A stretch of DNA of 24,000 bases from Tamlana crocina (GCA_040429635.1 CP158972.1:9918-33917), one strand, 5' to 3'; positions 1-10,604 are shown, numbered from the stretch's first letter. Notes: generated from the sequence alone by a model not told the origin. Made by a program: numbers and translations.

Positions 1-2751
1 CCTATTCCCGGTGCCAATGTTATTGTTGTTGGAACTACCACCGGAACGGTTACCGATTTTGATGGCAACTTTACTTTAACCTATAGCCAGGCCCCACCCT
101 TCAAAGTACAGGCCAGTAGCGTAGGTTTTGAAACAGATACTAAAGAAGTTACTGCCAACAATCAAAACTTAACCTTTACCCTTAAAGAAGGTACCTCCCT
201 AGATGAAGTGGTTATTTCGGCTTCACGAACACCTGAACGTATTTTTGAATCGCCCGTTACGGTTGAAAGATTCGGACTAAAAGCATTAAAAACTACGGCT
301 TCTCCAGACTTTTATGGCGGGCTAGAAAATTTAAAAGGGGTTGACATCAACACCAACAGTCTAACCTTTAAATCAATTAACACCCGCGGCTTTGCCGCCT
401 TCGGGAACAACCGTTTTATGCAATTGGTTGATGGTATGGATAACTCGGCACCAGCCCTGAACTTTCCGTTAGGAAACTTAGTGGGGATGATTGACACCGA
501 CGTACAAAACATAGAACTGCTTCCGGGTGCAGCTTCGGCATTATACGGGGCAAATGCCTTTAACGGTATTTTATTCATGCAAAGTAAAAACCCTTTCGAT
601 TTTCCGGGAATCAGCGTTTCCATAAAGCGAGGTGTTACCTCCCAAGAGGCAGCAGGCACCAATCCGTACACCGATGTAGGCATGCGTGCCGCATATAAAT
701 TCAGTGACAAGTTTGCTGCTAAAGTGAATTTTGGATATTTAAGAGGAACCGATTGGATGGCCAATGATTTGGACGATAAAAATTTAGCGGGAGGCACCAG
801 AGAGACAAACATAAACTACAACGGTGTAAATGTTTATGGTGATGATTTTTCCATCAACATACACGATGTGGCTTTAAGGTTGGTCGAGCTGGGAAGAGCA
901 CCAGCTGGATCCGAAAACCTAGTTCCCTCGGTAGATGTAAGTAGAACGGGGTACGAAGAACAATATATGACCGATTATAAAGCCGAAAGTGTAAAAGCTG
1001 ATTGGGGACTTTATTACCGCCCATGGGCCAACGATTTCGAAATTCAATATGTGGGGAAAGTTGGCCGAGGATCTACCATTTACCAAGGTGCTCAACGTTA
1101 TATGATTGACAACTTTTCCATGCAGCAGCACAAATTGGAAGTTAGAAATGATAATTTCTTCCTACGTGGCTACATCACTTCTGATAAAGCTGGAGACTCT
1201 TATGTACTGGACGTAGCAGGCCCTAATTTATTAGCCAAATGGAAACCCCACGATGTTTGGTTTGGTGAATACACAGGCGCTTACATTCAATCGACTTTGG
1301 GCGGTGCCACTAACGAAGAGGCTCATGCCATTGCCCGCCAAACCGCCGAAACGGGACGCTTTATTCCAGGTACTCCCGAATATCAAAATGCGTTTGATGC
1401 CGTTATAAGCGACACCAACTTTTTAACGGGTTCAAAATTTCAGGATAATTCCAAAATTTACCATTCGGATGCCAACTATAACTTCAGCCACTTAATCGAT
1501 TGGGCCGAAATACAGGTAGGCGGTTCGTACAGAAGATACAAGTTAAACTCCTTCGGAACCATATATACCGACGCTCAAGGTCCCATTAACTATTCGGAAG
1601 TTGGCGTTTATACCCAAATTCAAAAAACAGTTATGGAACGCTTAAAGTTAACAGGCTCGATTCGCTACGATAAATCGGAACTGTTCGACGGATTCTTTTC
1701 GCCGCGTTTATCGGCAGGCTATACTTTAGGCGAAGACGAAAACCATAACGTTAGGGCTTCGGTCCAAACTGGTTTTAGAAATCCAAACACCCAAGATTTG
1801 TACATCGGGTTAGTTACCGGATTGGGCGTATTGATTGGTGGCGCCAATGATAATGGCGACCGTTTTGTACGGCCATATGAGGTGAGTCAATTTGCCCAAA
1901 ACAATTTGGGGCAACCATCTTCCATTTCTCAATCGGGTACTGCGGCCTACAATAACTCTCTATCCTCGACCGTGGCAGCAGGTTTGGCAACACACAACCC
2001 ATCTAGCAACGGAAGTGAATATATTGGAAACTCAAGCTATGTAAAACCGGAGCAAGTAACCTCTTTCGAAGTGGGTTACCGCGGAAAATTAAAAAATGTT
2101 ACCATCGATTTAAGTGCGTATTATAACACTTATCAAGATTTTATAGCGAACGAAACCGTGGCCGCTCCATACTACGGTAATGTTGCAAACTTCGATTTAA
2201 CAGGTTACGACCCTGCCAACCCGGCTTCAGTGGCGGGTTTAAACCAAGATACTCAGTTCATTCTTGCCGCCCTCCAAAACGATGATTTTGTAAGATACCA
2301 AACCTACACCAATTCAAGCACTGAAGTAAACTCATACGGTGGTGCCGTTGCAGTAAACACAAAAGTATTTGGCAATTTCGATCTTGGTGCTAACTATACC
2401 TACGCTAATTTCGATTTCGATAAAAAGGCCAACCCTAATTTCCGCCCCAGCTTCAACACACCTGAACACAAGGTAAAAGCTTCCTTTGGAAATACAGAAC
2501 TATTTAAAAACTTCGGATTTAACCTAGCTTGGAGATGGAGCGATAACTACTTGTGGCAATCGTCTTTTGGGGACGGCGAGATTGACTCCTATCACGTAGT
2601 TGACGCCCAATTGAATTATACAGTGCCCAGCATCAAATCTTCTTTTAAAATTGGTGCTTCAAACTTGTTGAACAATGAATACGCCACGGCTTTCGGTACC
2701 GGAAACATCGGATCGATTTACTACTTGTCTTGGACCATCAACAACCTGTAA
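1..2751 (+). CDS. TonB-dependent outer-membrane receptor (5' partial, continues upstream of the window)
   Basis: Frame 1 is open from base 1. It starts with PIPGANVIVVGTTTGTVTDFDGNFTL, a CarboxypepD_reg-like N-domain. A plug-like segment follows (VVISASRTPE, NTRGFAAFGNNRFMQLVDGMDN, IELLPGAASALYG), then a long G/Y/N-rich barrel running to the TAA at 2749-2751. The GTG at 208 in the ORF track is therefore internal. Confidence 0.9.
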   Translation, partial: PIPGANVIVVGTTTGTVTDFDGNFTLTYSQAPPFKVQASSVGFETDTKEVTANNQNLTFTLKEGTSLDEVVISASRTPERIFESPVTVERFGLKALKTTASPDFYGGLENLKGVDINTNSLTFKSINTRGFAAFGNNRFMQLVDGMDNSAPALNFPLGNLVGMIDTDVQNIELLPGAASALYGANAFNGILFMQSKNPFDFPGISVSIKRGVTSQEAAGTNPYTDVGMRAAYKFSDKFAAKVNFGYLRGTDWMANDLDDKNLAGGTRETNINYNGVNVYGDDFSINIHDVALRLVELGRAPAGSENLVPSVDVSRTGYEEQYMTDYKAESVKADWGLYYRPWANDFEIQYVGKVGRGSTIYQGAQRYMIDNFSMQQHKLEVRNDNFFLRGYITSDKAGDSYVLDVAGPNLLAKWKPHDVWFGEYTGAYIQSTLGGATNEEAHAIARQTAETGRFIPGTPEYQNAFDAVISDTNFLTGSKFQDNSKIYHSDANYNFSHLIDWAEIQVGGSYRRYKLNSFGTIYTDAQGPINYSEVGVYTQIQKTVMERLKLTGSIRYDKSELFDGFFSPRLSAGYTLGEDENHNVRASVQTGFRNPNTQDLYIGLVTGLGVLIGGANDNGDRFVRPYEVSQFAQNNLGQPSSISQSGTAAYNNSLSSTVAAGLATHNPSSNGSEYIGNSSYVKPEQVTSFEVGYRGKLKNVTIDLSAYYNTYQDFIANETVAAPYYGNVANFDLTGYDPANPASVAGLNQDTQFILAALQNDDFVRYQTYTNSSTEVNSYGGAVAVNTKVFGNFDLGANYTYANFDFDKKANPNFRPSFNTPEHKVKASFGNTELFKNFGFNLAWRWSDNYLWQSSFGDGEIDSYHVVDAQLNYTVPSIKSSFKIGASNLLNNEYATAFGTGNIGSIYYLSWTINNL

Positions 2752-2771
2752 AAATTAAAACATTGCAAAAC

Positions 2772-4298
2772 ATGAAAACGTTAAAATATATATTCCTTTC
2801 TACTTTATTTATTGCTTTTTATTCCTGTGAGGACGATGACAGCAATACCGTTATGGAAGAACCGCTTCCGGAACTCACCGCCGGATCGGCAGATTTCTCA
2901 ACTTACGTAGCCGTAGGAAACTCTTTAACTGCAGGGTTTACAGACAATGCCCTTTTTAAGGCTGCACAAGAAAACGCTACTCCTAATATACTGTCACAAA
3001 AATTTGCTTTAGCAGGTGGAGGTGATTTTTCATTACCGCTAATGGAAGATAATTTTGGTGGCATTGCCTTTGGCGGTAACAGATTACCCGGTTTTAACCC
3101 GAGACTGGTTTTTGGTGGTGCCGGCCCCGTTCCGTTAGAAAGTGTAGTTGGACCAGTAACGGTGACCACCGATCTCACTTCAAACCCAACTGGTCCTTTC
3201 AATAATATGGGCGTGCCAGGCGCAAAAAGTTTCCATTTGTTATTTGATGGCTACGGAAATCCTGCTGGCTTACAAACTACACCAGCCACTGCAAACCCTT
3301 ATTTTGTAAGAATGGCTTCGGCTCCCAATGCCACTATTCTGGGAGATGCCATGGCCCAATCGCCAACCTTCTTCACCCTTTGGATTGGCAATAACGATGT
3401 ACTGGGTTATGCAACTTCTGGTGGAGATGGTTCAAACCCCATCACTCCCGTAGATGGTCCTCCAGGCGTTGGATTCAGCCAAACTTACGGGGCGCTGGTA
3501 ACCACATTAATCTCGCAAGGCGCGCAAGGTGTTGTGGCAAACATACCTTATGTAACCGATATCCCGCATTTTACAACCGTCCCACACAACCCCATTCCGC
3601 TAGATGCATCAACGGCCACCGCCGTGAATCAAGCTTACGCCGAATATAACGGTGGTATCCAAGCGGCACTAGCTGCTCTTGCAGGCACCGGTTTATTTAC
3701 CGAAGAAGAAGCCAATTTAAGAATGATTAATTTTTCAGCGGGTGCGGGCAACGCTGTTGTTATTGAAGATGAAAGCTTAACCGATCTTGGTGCTATTAAC
3801 CCTGCCTTTGCGGCGCTTCCAAAAATCCGTCAAGCTACGGCCGATGATTTATTGGTGCTTACCGCATCATCGTTTATTGGTACGGAAGCCGTTCCCGGAA
3901 ACTCTTTAACCGTTAATGGTGTTGCTGTTCCTTTGGCCGACAAATGGGTATTGATTCCTAGCGAGCAAGCTGAAATCAAAACAGCCATCGATGCTTTTAA
4001 TGCCACCATTAAAGCCACAGCAACACAAGCAGGTTTGGCCTTTGTTGATGCCAATGCCTTGCTTAACCAATTAGCAAACGGAGGCATTTCCAGTAATAGT
4101 TTCACTTTAAATTCCAGTTTGGTGTTTGGCGGCGCGTTTTCTTTAGATGGTATTCACCCCACTGCGAGAGGCAATGCTTTAATAGCCAACGAATTTATGA
4201 AAGCTATTGATGCCACTTACTCCTCTAACTTTGAGGCTTCGGGCAACTTGGTAGACATTGGTAACTACCCTACCAACTACTCGCCAACATTGCAATAA
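2772..4298 (+). CDS. GDSL/SGNH-hydrolase-type lipoprotein, probably surface exposed
   Basis: The ATG at 2772 gives MKTLKYIFLSTLFIAFYSC, a signal peptide ending in Cys, followed by EDDD. SGNH block I is present as VAVGNSLTAGF and block V as SLDGIHPTARG. The gene starts 21 nt after the TonB-dependent receptor stop. Confidence 0.75.
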   Translation: MKTLKYIFLSTLFIAFYSCEDDDSNTVMEEPLPELTAGSADFSTYVAVGNSLTAGFTDNALFKAAQENATPNILSQKFALAGGGDFSLPLMEDNFGGIAFGGNRLPGFNPRLVFGGAGPVPLESVVGPVTVTTDLTSNPTGPFNNMGVPGAKSFHLLFDGYGNPAGLQTTPATANPYFVRMASAPNATILGDAMAQSPTFFTLWIGNNDVLGYATSGGDGSNPITPVDGPPGVGFSQTYGALVTTLISQGAQGVVANIPYVTDIPHFTTVPHNPIPLDASTATAVNQAYAEYNGGIQAALAALAGTGLFTEEEANLRMINFSAGAGNAVVIEDESLTDLGAINPAFAALPKIRQATADDLLVLTASSFIGTEAVPGNSLTVNGVAVPLADKWVLIPSEQAEIKTAIDAFNATIKATATQAGLAFVDANALLNQLANGGISSNSFTLNSSLVFGGAFSLDGIHPTARGNALIANEFMKAIDATYSSNFEASGNLVDIGNYPTNYSPTLQ

Positions 4299-4325
4299 AT
4301 AAAAGCAGATAAACATTTATATAAT

Positions 4326-4350
4326 ACCCTCGAAATGAGGGTGTTTTTTT
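4326..4350 (+). terminator. Rho-independent terminator after the lipoprotein gene
   Basis: ACCCTC-gaaat-GAGGGT hairpin followed by g and T7. Confidence 0.7.
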
Positions 4351-4397
4351 ATTCCAAAAAACCTAGAAAAACAACTTTTATTTTAAATTAAAAGGTA

Positions 4398-4405
4398 TAT
4401 CTTTG
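4398..4405 (+). promoter_or_regulatory. Candidate Bacteroidota -7 box (TAtcTTTG) for atpDC
   Basis: Matches the TAnnTTTG consensus and lies 60 nt upstream of the atpD ATG. No clear -33 TTTG was seen. Confidence 0.4.
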
Positions 4406-4462
4406 CAGCCGAAAACCAAAACAGTTTTCACACAATTAAATCGCATAATATTAAACAAATAA

Positions 4463-5974
<1,512 letters not shown>

Positions 5975-6012
5975 AATTAGTTGACAGTTTTCAGTCGCAG
6001 TTTTTCGGTGAC

Positions 6013-6040
6013 TACAAACTAAAGACCACAAACTAAAGAC
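6013..6040. repeat. 14-bp tandem direct repeat x2 in the atpD-atpC spacer
   Basis: tACAAACTAAAGAC (6013-6026) is immediately followed by cACAAACTAAAGAC (6027-6040), 13/14 identical. Confidence 0.8.
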
Positions 6041-6048
6041 TAAGAAAT

Positions 6049-6327
6049 ATGTATTTAGAAATCGTATCACCAGAAGCTACACTATTTAGCGGCGAAGTAG
6101 ACGCCGTAGCCGTACCAGGTGTAAATGGTGAGTTTCAAATGTTGAACAACCACGCAGCTATTGTTTCTTCTTTAAAGGAAGGCTTTATTAAAATTTCTGG
6201 AGCAGTGACCTTAAACGCCGATGTTGAGGACAACTTTTCAAAAGGAGAGAACAATACAACCCTATTGAAAATCAATTCCGGAACTGTTGAAATGAAAGAC
6301 AACAAAGTGATTGTTTTAGCAGACTAA
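6049..6327 (+). CDS. atpC: F0F1 ATP synthase subunit epsilon (short form)
   Basis: MYLEIVSPEATLFSGEVDAVAVPGVNGEFQMLNNHAAIVSSL is a typical epsilon N-terminal beta-sandwich. The gene sits directly downstream of atpD. Confidence 0.85.
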   Translation: MYLEIVSPEATLFSGEVDAVAVPGVNGEFQMLNNHAAIVSSLKEGFIKISGAVTLNADVEDNFSKGENNTTLLKINSGTVEMKDNKVIVLAD

Positions 6328-6350
6328 ATTTCATTACACAACATAAATAA

Positions 6351-6380
6351 AAACGCGAAACTTAGGTTTCGCGTTTTTTT
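6351..6380. terminator. Bidirectional rho-independent terminator between convergent atpC and umuD
   Basis: AAACGCGAAAC-ttag-GTTTCGCGTTT, an 11-bp stem, with T-runs on both strands. Confidence 0.85.
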
Positions 6381-6399
6381 ATGCCGTTAAGCCGTATTT

Positions 6400-6840
6400 T
6401 CAAACCTTTTTTATCACATTGGTTACAATGCCCCAAATTAAAAAATTATTGTCTTCCGTAATTTTAATGATAGGATAATCAGGATTTTCGGGCTGCAACC
6501 ACACCTCGCCTCCCGAAACACGCAAACGCTTTACTGTAAATTCGCCATCCAAAAAGCAAACGGCTATTTTATTGTTTGAAGGCTCCAAACTTCTATCAAT
6601 TACCAAAAGATCGTTATCCTCTAGCCCTGCCCCAATCATCGATTGGCCACTTACACGGGCATAAAAGGTCGCTTCTTTATTTTTAACCAACTCTTCGTCC
6701 AAAGACAAACGCTGCTCTTTAAAATCTTCAGCCGGCGAAGGAAACCCTGCCGAAATTCCAGCATCAAAAAAATGTGCCGCAGCACCATCAATGGTTTGCG
6801 GGGTAAAAAACGTTAAACTTCCAGATCTGTGTGCTATCAT
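6400..6840 (-). CDS. umuD: UmuD-like S24 self-cleaving peptidase (translesion polymerase accessory subunit)
   Basis: ISAGFPSPAEDFKEQRLSLD aligns with E. coli UmuD QCGFPSPAADYVEQRIDLN, giving an Ala-Gly cleavage site. The Ser nucleophile is in SGQSM and the Lys in EFTVKRL. There is no N-terminal HTH. Its start overlaps the umuC stop (ATGA). Confidence 0.85.
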   Translation of the reverse strand: MIAHRSGSLTFFTPQTIDGAAAHFFDAGISAGFPSPAEDFKEQRLSLDEELVKNKEATFYARVSGQSMIGAGLEDNDLLVIDRSLEPSNNKIAVCFLDGEFTVKRLRVSGGEVWLQPENPDYPIIKITEDNNFLIWGIVTNVIKKV

Positions 6841-8090
6841 CTTACTAAAATAATATCGTTAATGTTTGTGGTGTACCGCGGCGACAATCGCTCTTGGCGC
6901 ATTTTCCATGTACGCTTTAAGTCTTGGTTGCCCAATTTTATTTTATGGCTTTTGTATTTTGAGTTTAAAAAATCAATAGACTGCATTAAGGGTTGGTGCT
7001 TGGGGTTTTCCTTATCGAATAACTGTAACTGATGGTTATTGGTCGGCACCAAACCCGTAACGATTACACCCGCCCGTTTGTACTTAATGCCTTCCTTAAA
7101 AATAGCTGTTACGGCATCAACCGCACACTGGCTTATAATCAAAGAAGAACTGGTTGGGTAAGATAAGCTAATACTTTTACTTGTTCGATGTTGTGGCAAA
7201 TCTTTTTTATGCCTATCGCTGCTCAACATCACAATAATCATGTGGCAACTGGAACCTTGCTGCCTCAATTTTTCGGCGCAAGCGGTGGCAAAGGTAGAAA
7301 TGCGCTCTTTTATATTATCGATATCCGAATATGTATATTCAAAACTTCTGGTGGTGGCTATGGCCCGTTTGTTTTGGGGCTCGTCCAAAATTATTTTCGA
7401 ATTGCCTTCTAGATCTTTTTTCAATTTCCACTCGGTTATTGAAAAGGTTTTCCGAACCCATTCATCTGGCAATTGCGTAAAATCGTAAGCCGTTTTACAA
7501 CCTTTAGCCTGAAGCCTTTTGCTCAATCTTCGGCCAATGCCCCAAACATCTTCAATCTTAATCCACTTTAGAGCTTTAATACGCTTTTCTTCAGAATCTA
7601 TCACATAAATGCCTTTGGTTTGCTTCGGAAATTTACGCGCTATCCTATTGGCCACTTTGCTCAAAGCTTTGGTTGGTGCGATACCTACACAGGTTGGAAT
7701 ACCCGTCCATTTTAAAATCCGACTCCTGATTTGGGTGGCATACTCGTTAAAATTGTAATTATGGAATCCTTTAAATTGAAGAAAAGCCTCATCGATGCTA
7801 TACACTTCAACATCGGGCGTAAACTGTTCCAAGATTTTCATTACCCTGCTACTCATATCGCCGTACAACGGATAATTGGAAGAAAACACCTGAATGTTGT
7901 TGGCCTTGCAAAAGCCTTCCCATTTAAAAATAGGCGCCCCCATGGGCAACCCCAATGCTTTGGCTTCATCGCTTCGCGAAATAACACAGCCATCGTTGCT
8001 TAAAATAGCAACGGGCTTCCCCTGCAAATTCGGGTTGAACACCCGCTCGCATGAGGCATAAAAGTTATTACAATCTACTAAAGCAAACAT
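6837..8090 (-). CDS. umuC: Y-family DNA polymerase, UmuC-like
   Basis: MFALVDCNNFYASCERVFNP, VYSIDEAFL, GIAPTKALSKVAN and VWGIGRR are Y-family palm, thumb and HhH motifs. Confidence 0.9.
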   Translation of the reverse strand: MFALVDCNNFYASCERVFNPNLQGKPVAILSNDGCVISRSDEAKALGLPMGAPIFKWEGFCKANNIQVFSSNYPLYGDMSSRVMKILEQFTPDVEVYSIDEAFLQFKGFHNYNFNEYATQIRSRILKWTGIPTCVGIAPTKALSKVANRIARKFPKQTKGIYVIDSEEKRIKALKWIKIEDVWGIGRRLSKRLQAKGCKTAYDFTQLPDEWVRKTFSITEWKLKKDLEGNSKIILDEPQNKRAIATTRSFEYTYSDIDNIKERISTFATACAEKLRQQGSSCHMIIVMLSSDRHKKDLPQHRTSKSISLSYPTSSSLIISQCAVDAVTAIFKEGIKYKRAGVIVTGLVPTNNHQLQLFDKENPKHQPLMQSIDFLNSKYKSHKIKLGNQDLKRTWKMRQERLSPRYTTNINDIILVR

Positions 8091-8147
8091 ATGTAAATTT
8101 ACGTCTTTTCGATTAGTTTAACGTTAAAAAAAATGGGGTATGTGTTA

Positions 8148-8181
8148 AAAATCAATCCTTCTTTTTAAAAGGATTGATTTT
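8148..8181 (-). terminator. Hairpin terminator downstream of the symporter gene
   Basis: AAAATCAATCCTT-ctttttaa-AAGGATTGATTTT, a 13-bp stem, with a short T tract following on the minus strand. Confidence 0.5.
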
Positions 8182-8221
8182 CAATTTACTTAACAAAACC
8201 AGACAAGGATTCTGCAGCAAA

Positions 8222-10035
8222 TTACAGAACTGTACTTTTTACTTCTTTCCAGACTTTAATCAATAATACCGCAGAAATTAGAGCTGTACCGGTAAATATT
8301 ACAGCAAGATTAAACTCACCATAAATCCAATATCCTGTAGCGAACAAGCAACTATAAATAAGCGCACACCCAAAGAGCATAGCTAGAATGCCCGAAGGCA
8401 CACTCCAGCCTTCTTTAGTTGTTACTATGGTAATGTTTTCAGTTGCAGCTTCATCAACCACTTTTTTCCATCCTGGCCCACCAGGCTGTATTTTATTAAA
8501 AACAACTGTAGCACGTCCTTACTTTCCGGTTGGGTTAAAAAGGTAACGACCAACCACAAAATGGTTGTTACCAATACTATTGATGGAAATTTGGCCCAAG
8601 TTGGAAACACACTACTCTCTTCTCCAAAAAAGTATGTTCCCAAGGTTGTAAAATTCAATAAGATTGAAATAATACCCGATGAAAACATAGCTGCTATTTC
8701 GCTCCACGCATTGATGCGCCACCAAAACCAGCGTAATATAAAAATGAGTCCTGTTCCAGCTCCAAACATCAAAATAATATCGAACAACTGTAATGCATTC
8801 TGAAGTACCAACGCCAGCAATGCACTGCAAACCATTAAAATTACTGTTGAAATTTTACCTACAGCAACCTTCTGTTTTTCGGTAGCATTTTTATTAATCT
8901 GCTGAATATAAAAATCGTTAACAATATATGAAGACCCCCAATTTAAATGTGTAGAAATGGTTGACATGTAAGCTGCTGCCAACGATGCCAAAACCACCCC
9001 CAATAAACCTGCTGGTAATTTGGTAAGCATAGCAGAATAGGCCAAATCATGCCCCAATTTACTTTCAGTAACATTTGGAAATGCTTGTTGGATACTGGCC
9101 ACATCGGGATACACCACTAATGAAGCCAAAGCCACAATAATCCATGGCCAAGGACGTAAGGCGTAGTGCATAATATTAAAAAAGAAAGTAGCCCCAATAG
9201 CATGATTTTCGTCTTTTGCGGCAAGCATTCGCTGGGCAATATACCCACCACCGCCGGGCTCTGCTCCAGGATACCATGCACTCCACCATTGCACTGCCAA
9301 AGGGATAATCAACAAAACAATAAGCGAATTTGTATCGTTAAAATCTGGGAGCAACGAGAGTTTATCAGTTACTTGATTATTTTCAATTAAGGCAGCCATA
9401 CCACCCACCTCCGGAAGATTAACCAAGTAATATGCCGCACCAACTGAGCCTGTCATCGCCACAAAAAAGAGTAAAAAATCGGTATACACCACACCTTTAA
9501 AACCTCCTATGGCACTAAAAACAACCGTTACCAAACCAGCTATAATAACAGTTTGCCAAGGTTCCAACCCCAACATAATACCTCCTATTTTAATAGCTGC
9601 TAGAGTTACGGCCGACATCGCCAAAACATTGAACACCACTCCCAAATACACTGCACGGAAACCGCGCAAAAAACGGGCTGGTTTTCCGCCATAGCGCAAC
9701 TCATAAAACTCGATATCGGTACTCACTTCCGATTTACGCCATAACTTGGCATAAACAAAAACCGTAAGCAAACCGGTAAGCAAAAAAGCCCACCATACCC
9801 AGTTTCCGGAAACTCCGTTGGTTCTTACTATATCAGTAACAAGGTTTGGCGTATCGGTAGAAAATGTGGTGGCCACCATAGAGAGTCCCAAAAGCCACCA
9901 AGGCATGGAGCGTCCTGACAGAAAATATTCGGATGAATTTTCTCCCGATTTTTTTGACACCCAAAATCCAATAAATAATGTAATTGAAAAAAACAGAACT
10001 ATTAGTACATAGTCTATTGTATGCAGCTGCACCAT
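8222..10035 (-). pseudogene. Sodium:solute symporter (SSF) family transporter split into two ORFs by an apparent 1-nt deficit (true frameshift or sequencing error)
   Basis: The 536-aa ORF (8425-10035) has the SSF N-terminus FLSGRSMPWWLLGLSMVATTFSTDTP and many TM segments. The overlapping 79-aa ORF (8222-8461) continues in the -1 frame. That frame reads FNKIQPGGPGWKKVVDEA and then a final TM helix. Adding one A to the A5 run at 8498-8502 fuses the two ORFs. Confidence 0.8.
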
Positions 10036-10101
10036 AACGTTATTTGTTTGCTTTTGTGAATTGTAAATCTATTAGAATCATAATGAAAATGGTTTCTAAC
10101 T

Positions 10102-10550
10102 TTAAAATAGCTTCCCGTTTTCAATAATAACAAAGCCATTGCGCTTGTAAGTTACTTTGGTACCGTTGGCGCAAAACGTATATTTTCCGTTCGATTTACG
10201 TTCGGATGCCCACAACAAAATCACCTCATCAACGGTACAATTGTAATCTTTGGCCACTTTCTTTTTTACATCATCAATAGTGGCTCGGCCTTTTTTTAGT
10301 TGATTTTGAACCTTACCATTCAATTTTGGTTCTTCAAAATCTGCCGGCACATTACAGCCATCCTCTTCGAGCCCAGCCTCAACAAGTACTTCTTCAGCCT
10401 GTTTCGGAGCCTCCAAATCAATATATTCCCAAGTGTAATCAGCTTTCAACAATACACGCCTACCGTCTTCGGTTTTTACAATGTAATTGTTTTGGGCAAA
10501 ACCCGCGCGTACGATAGAATGGAAAGTAAAAGAACGGCGTATATTTTCAT
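10102..10550 (-). CDS. Small secreted protein of unknown function, N-terminus apparently frameshifted
   Basis: The main ORF (10102-10593) has no signal peptide. An adjacent frame starting at ATG 10550 encodes MKIYAVLLLSILSYA, a classic signal peptide, and stops after 24 codons. One extra base near the run at 10502-10504 would join it to GFAQNNYIVKTEDGRRV. Confidence 0.5.
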
Positions 10551-10592
10551 GGTATATCTGTTTTGAATAGAACCAAAAGTACAAATTTTGCA

Positions 10593-10600
10593 TACATTTG
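10593..10600 (+). promoter_or_regulatory. TAcaTTTG -7-like box immediately upstream of bioF
   Basis: Matches TAnnTTTG but ends only 4 nt before ATG 10605, which would imply a leaderless transcript. The call is weak. Confidence 0.25.
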
Positions 10601-10604
10601 CTCT

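Noticed and set aside
208-210. GTG at 208 as the receptor start codon.
   Set aside because: The frame is open to base 1 and the upstream translation is a recognisable CarboxypepD_reg-like domain, so the gene is 5' truncated by the window edge.
312-2002. Antisense ORFs inside the TonB-dependent receptor gene (312-812, 919-1131, 1814-2002). Similar shadow ORFs lie inside other genes, for example 2903-3202, 3830-4105, 5086-5329, 7188-8003, 8561-9694, 16085-16558 and 17303-17772.
   Set aside because: Each lies fully within a strongly supported gene on the opposite strand or in another frame. They have low-complexity or odd composition and no recognisable motifs, so they are typical shadow ORFs.
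2730-2771. Upstream ATG at 2730 as the lipoprotein start, overlapping the receptor gene.
   Set aside because: The ATG at 2772 gives a canonical lipoprotein signal peptide. The 14 extra residues (MDHQQPVKIKTLQN) are not signal-like and overlap the receptor's 3' end.
6013-6040. A CRISPR-like array.
   Set aside because: There are only two adjacent 14-bp copies with no spacers. I saw no longer regularly spaced direct-repeat array or cas gene anywhere in the window.
8222-8461. The 79-aa ORF as an independent small membrane protein.
   Set aside because: It overlaps the symporter's 3' end. Its frame upstream of the Met reads FNKIQPGGPGWKKVVDEA, contiguous with the transporter. It is best explained as the displaced C-terminus.
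8222-10035. The SSF transporter as a biotin or vitamin transporter because it lies near the bio cluster.
   Set aside because: The genes are divergent and separated by another gene. SSF substrates cannot be read from the sequence by eye, so this would be pure speculation.
10551-10604. A BirA-type biotin operator in the divergent spacer upstream of bioF.
   Set aside because: Only a weak TTTTG-N8-CAAAA symmetry is present. There is no convincing long inverted repeat, so I cannot support an operator call.
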